NCBI RefSeq assembly: GCF_047470865.1 | Contig: NZ_JAZDRH010000008.1 | Coordinates: 37,165-101,164 of the forward strand | DNA from: Pseudomonas sp. F1_0610 | Lineage (GTDB): Bacteria; Pseudomonadota; Gammaproteobacteria; Pseudomonadales; Pseudomonadaceae | Direction: 5' to 3' | DNA: 64,000 nt | Notes under the pieces: model-generated | The model's input: the letters and a program-made list of their open reading frames with translations, nothing else | The model's database searches: none | Told to the model about the DNA's origin: nothing | In this document: positions 60,529 through 64,000 of the stretch, piece by piece | Numbering within the stretch: position 1 is the first letter of the stretch | Layout of the letters: every line of letters starts with the position of its first letter | Position numbers and translations under genes: made by a program

Positions 60529-61041
60529 TTAAACTCGCTGCCAAACCTCAAATGTATAGGCTGGTAAACTTTCCCTTGCGGGATAACTTTCTGCTTCTAG
60601 CTGATGCCATTGCTGCTCATCTAACTCAGGAAAAAAAGCATCACCCTCACACGTCATATGAATACGCGTGCGATAGACTCTATCCACTATAGGTAATGCT
60701 TGTTGATATAATTGAGCGCCACCGATGATCATAACCTCATCAACAGCTTGTTGTTGCGCCCACATTTGGGCTCTCTGGCATGCTTGCTTTAAATCAGCAA
60801 AAACTTCAGCACCTTCCAAAGTAAGATCAACCTGACGGCTAACCACAATATTTAAACGACTAGGCAAAGGTCGCCCTAGCGACTCCCAGGTTTTACGTCC
60901 CATAATCACAGGTTTGCCTAGTGTGCGACGTTTAAAGTATTTTAGATCTTCTGGCAAATGCCATGGCATTTTGTTATTTAGCCCTATCACATTGTTTTCA
61001 GTAGTGGCTACAATTAGCGCTAACGGCAATTTATGACTCAT
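60529..61041 (-). CDS. folA: dihydrofolate reductase
   Basis: 170 aa. IVA..N.IG..N.MPWHLPEDLKYFKRRTLGKPVIMGRKTWESLGRPLP matches the FolA consensus. Confidence 0.9.
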   Translation of the reverse strand: MSHKLPLALIVATTENNVIGLNNKMPWHLPEDLKYFKRRTLGKPVIMGRKTWESLGRPLPSRLNIVVSRQVDLTLEGAEVFADLKQACQRAQMWAQQQAVDEVMIIGGAQLYQQALPIVDRVYRTRIHMTCEGDAFFPELDEQQWHQLEAESYPARESLPAYTFEVWQRV

Positions 61042-61099
61042 AATTACAACCTGAATATTTAAACCTAAGCCGCATCATACTGGAAAAGTACGAGGTAAC

Positions 61100-62479
61100 G
61101 TGACTAAACCACTCACCCAGCTTGAAACTCAGTGGCTCTGTGAGGCAGTTCGCCTACGAGAGGAACAGACTGGTATCTTAGAAGATAGCCAAGCCTGTCG
61201 ACAAGCCATAGCCCAAGCGTCTACGCTGCAGCAGCGCATAGCGTTAAGAGCACTCTTGCTGGCTCAACGTGACGGGCTGACACAAGCCCTGCAACAGTGG
61301 TTACAAGGTGCAAGGTTAGCATCATGGTTAATGATATTGTTAGCGCTTCTTACAGGTATTGGCTTAGCCAAGGCCGCACTATTTGATAACACTCAGGTTA
61401 ATATATTTTGGACTATAGGTTGCTTGTTAGGTCTGAACTTTCTTAGCCTTATCTTGTGGAGCATGAATTTTACTTTATCAAACAACAGTACTGATTCTCT
61501 TGCCCAGTTATGGCTCTGGCTTAGTGGCAAGCTCGCACGTGATGCCAAATCTCTCCAACTTGCTCCTGCACTATTACTTTTATTACAACGTCATTATGCT
61601 TTGCGCTGGGGCATTGGTCGCATTATTCATGGCTGGTGGTGTTTAGCATTACTGAGTAGCCTAATAACAGTTCTGCTTCTACTAAGCACTAAACGCTATG
61701 GCTTTGTCTGGGAGTCAACCATTATTGCAAGCGATAGCTTTGTTTGGCTTGTGAATACATTAGGATATTTACCCAGCCTGCTCGGCTTTGCTGTCCCCTC
61801 TGCTGAACTCATTGCACACAGTGGACAAAGTATACAAATTGAAGAAACCGCACGCCATGCTTGGGCCAGTTGGTTAGTTGGAGCACTGGTTATTTATGGC
61901 CTACTTCCCCGCATGCTGCTCTGGTTAATTTGCCAGTGGCGCTGGCTACACACTACTCAGCACATACAGATCAATCCGAATTTGCCTACTTGGCTAGAAT
62001 TAGCACAACGCCTAATGCCATCAAGCGAGCGCATGGGCGTAATAGATCAAGCACCAAAAAAAATTATTCGCAGCGTTTCAGGTGTGGGAAACCAGAATAA
62101 CTATACTAATTTAATAGCCTCAATCGAGATTGATCCTGTTCGTCAATGGTCCGTGGAAAGCGCAGCGGCACATAACGCTGGCGCTCTTGATACACGTGAA
62201 CAACGTCAACTATTACTAGATCAATTAAGCCTGACTCCAGTGCAACGTTTGCTAATTATATGTGATCCTTTACGATCAGTAGACCGCAGTACACTCAACC
62301 TGATAGCAGAACTCTCACATTATGCTGCACAGACACGCGTTTGGTTGCTAGAAGCACCCTCAGGATATCAGTTAGATGCAGACCGTCTTGATGACTGGCA
62401 AAAATCACTTGATAAACTAGGTATACAAAACAGCACACACTCTCTTTTATCTTGGCTGGAACATGGTTATGACGTCTAA
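61100..62479 (+). CDS. DUF2868-like membrane protein
   Basis: GTG start with GAGGT Shine-Dalgarno. 459 aa with several TM helices. Overlaps the downstream GTPase gene by 17 nt. Confidence 0.6.
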   Translation: MTKPLTQLETQWLCEAVRLREEQTGILEDSQACRQAIAQASTLQQRIALRALLLAQRDGLTQALQQWLQGARLASWLMILLALLTGIGLAKAALFDNTQVNIFWTIGCLLGLNFLSLILWSMNFTLSNNSTDSLAQLWLWLSGKLARDAKSLQLAPALLLLLQRHYALRWGIGRIIHGWWCLALLSSLITVLLLLSTKRYGFVWESTIIASDSFVWLVNTLGYLPSLLGFAVPSAELIAHSGQSIQIEETARHAWASWLVGALVIYGLLPRMLLWLICQWRWLHTTQHIQINPNLPTWLELAQRLMPSSERMGVIDQAPKKIIRSVSGVGNQNNYTNLIASIEIDPVRQWSVESAAAHNAGALDTREQRQLLLDQLSLTPVQRLLIICDPLRSVDRSTLNLIAELSHYAAQTRVWLLEAPSGYQLDADRLDDWQKSLDKLGIQNSTHSLLSWLEHGYDV

Positions 62480-63848
62480 TTCACCATTAAAGCTTGCCGT
62501 TGTTGGTCATACCAATGTAGGTAAGACCTCATTAATGCGCACCTTAACCCGTGATGTTGATTTTGGACAAATAGCCCAAACCGCCAGTACAACCCGTCAT
62601 GTTGAAGGTGCTCGCTTGTTTGTACAAGGGCAGATAGTGCTTGAGCTTTATGATACCCCTGGCCTAGAAGATCCCATTGCGTTATACGATTATTTAGAAC
62701 GCTTAAAACCCAACACAGATAGGCCAGATGGCCCTACTCAAATCAGCATTTTTTTAAAGACCAGCGAGTCAAAACAACGCTTTGAGCAAGAAGGTAAAGT
62801 GCTTCAACAGCTACTCGCCAGTGATGCTGGGCTTTATGTTATTGACGCACGCGAACCTGTTTTAAGCAAATACCGTGACGAACTTGCCATACTCGCCATG
62901 TGTGGAAAACCTTTACTGCCCGTTTTAAACTTTATTCATGCGCCCGAGCAGCGTGAGCATGAATGGCGAGAGGTGCTAGCCCGTGTTGGTCTACACGCCC
63001 ATGTGCGCTTTGATACTGTTGCCCCACCTATTGATGGGGAAAAGCGTCTATATGATAACTTAGGTATCTTGCTTGAAAACTACCGCCCAGAGTTAGAACG
63101 CCTAATAACTGACCATCAACAACAAGTAAAACAACGCCGTGAAACAGGATATCAACTTGTAGCCGAGCTTCTTATTGACGTGGCCGCCTGTCGTCGCAGC
63201 ACAAACGACAATAATAGCAAACAAACTATTCAAGACATGCATGAATCCGTACGCAAGCGTGAACAACGCTGTGTGGAGGCTTTACTACGTCTGTATGCTT
63301 TTCGGCGTGATGATGTCACAGCCACAGATCTACCCTTACAAAATGGCCGCTGGGGGGATGACCTATTTAACCCTGCCAGTCTTAAGCACATGGGAATTAA
63401 GCTAGGCAGTGGTATGGCCGCCGGTGCTGCGGCCGGGGCGGGTATTGACCTTTTAACAGGGGGAGCATCATTAGGCGCGGCAACCGTTCTTGGCGCTCTA
63501 ATCGGCGGCACAACCCAAACCATTCGAAAATACGGTAATCGCCTAAAACTTAAACTGCAAGGACACCGAGAATTAAGCGTTGAAGATAATATTTTACGCT
63601 TATTAGCTTTACGGCAGCAGTGGCTATTACAAGCCTTAGAACAGCGCGGGCATGCTGCACTGAATAAATTAGAGGTGGTGATTCCTAATGACCATCAATG
63701 GCGTGAAGGCAAACTACCTACAGCTGTTGAAAATGCCCGTGCTTTCCCTGAGTGGTCCTGCTTAAATCCTGCATTCAATCCACAGGACACAGAGCGTTTA
63801 ATGAGCATTCAAAGTTTACAACAAGCTTTACTGCAAAAACCCACGTAA
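62463..63848 (+). CDS. DUF3482-like GTPase with C-terminal glycine-zipper membrane segment
   Basis: G1 VVGHTNVGKTSL and G3 DTPG motifs. C-terminal GSGMAAGAAAGAGIDLLTGGASLGAATVLGALIGG. Confidence 0.65.
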   Translation: MVMTSNSPLKLAVVGHTNVGKTSLMRTLTRDVDFGQIAQTASTTRHVEGARLFVQGQIVLELYDTPGLEDPIALYDYLERLKPNTDRPDGPTQISIFLKTSESKQRFEQEGKVLQQLLASDAGLYVIDAREPVLSKYRDELAILAMCGKPLLPVLNFIHAPEQREHEWREVLARVGLHAHVRFDTVAPPIDGEKRLYDNLGILLENYRPELERLITDHQQQVKQRRETGYQLVAELLIDVAACRRSTNDNNSKQTIQDMHESVRKREQRCVEALLRLYAFRRDDVTATDLPLQNGRWGDDLFNPASLKHMGIKLGSGMAAGAAAGAGIDLLTGGASLGAATVLGALIGGTTQTIRKYGNRLKLKLQGHRELSVEDNILRLLALRQQWLLQALEQRGHAALNKLEVVIPNDHQWREGKLPTAVENARAFPEWSCLNPAFNPQDTERLMSIQSLQQALLQKPT

Positions 63849-64000
63849 ACAAAAATGTTCATTATGATTTATGAAGTTTTTCGTTCCAGACGCGATAGAG
63901 GATTGGCTTTTTCCGTATTAATTTAGTAACAGCATACTTATCTATAGCACTGTTATTATCTAATAAGGTGCTTTTGATTTCCAAAACAAATTTCATTTTT

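Overview
This 64 kb window looks like a chromosomal segment from a marine-type gammaproteobacterium (Alteromonadales-like gene content and order). It is mostly housekeeping and transport genes. There are no integrases, transposases, CRISPR arrays or complete tRNA/rRNA genes.

Recognisable genes include ycaO, azoR, pirin, coaD, yfhL, mutM, serA, a TRAP transporter, metNIQ, zur-znuCB/znuA, gcvTH, kptA and folA.

The part most worth a second look is a non-canonical Rtc RNA-repair locus at about 30.1-34.7 kb. rtcR is divergent from a sigma54-type promoter that drives a roughly 130-nt tRNA-like element (T-arm GGTTCGACTCC, acceptor 3' strand and CCA, but no full cloverleaf). This is followed by a cytoplasmic SPFH/band-7 protein with tandem N-terminal repeats, then rtcB, which is translationally coupled to it. 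No rtcA and no Ro/Rsr gene is present.

Other notable contexts:
- a kptA (RNA 2'-phosphotransferase) gene translationally coupled to unknown proteins, one of them SUKH/SMI1-KNR4 immunity-like;
- a DUF2868 / DUF3482-GTPase pair;
- a FAD-linked (D-2-hydroxyglutarate dehydrogenase-like) oxidase divergent from serA;
- a DUF1338 (HglS/YdcJ) gene divergent from a class-III aminotransferase;
- a frameshifted SDR gene;
- a near-consensus Zur box between zur-znuCB and znuA.
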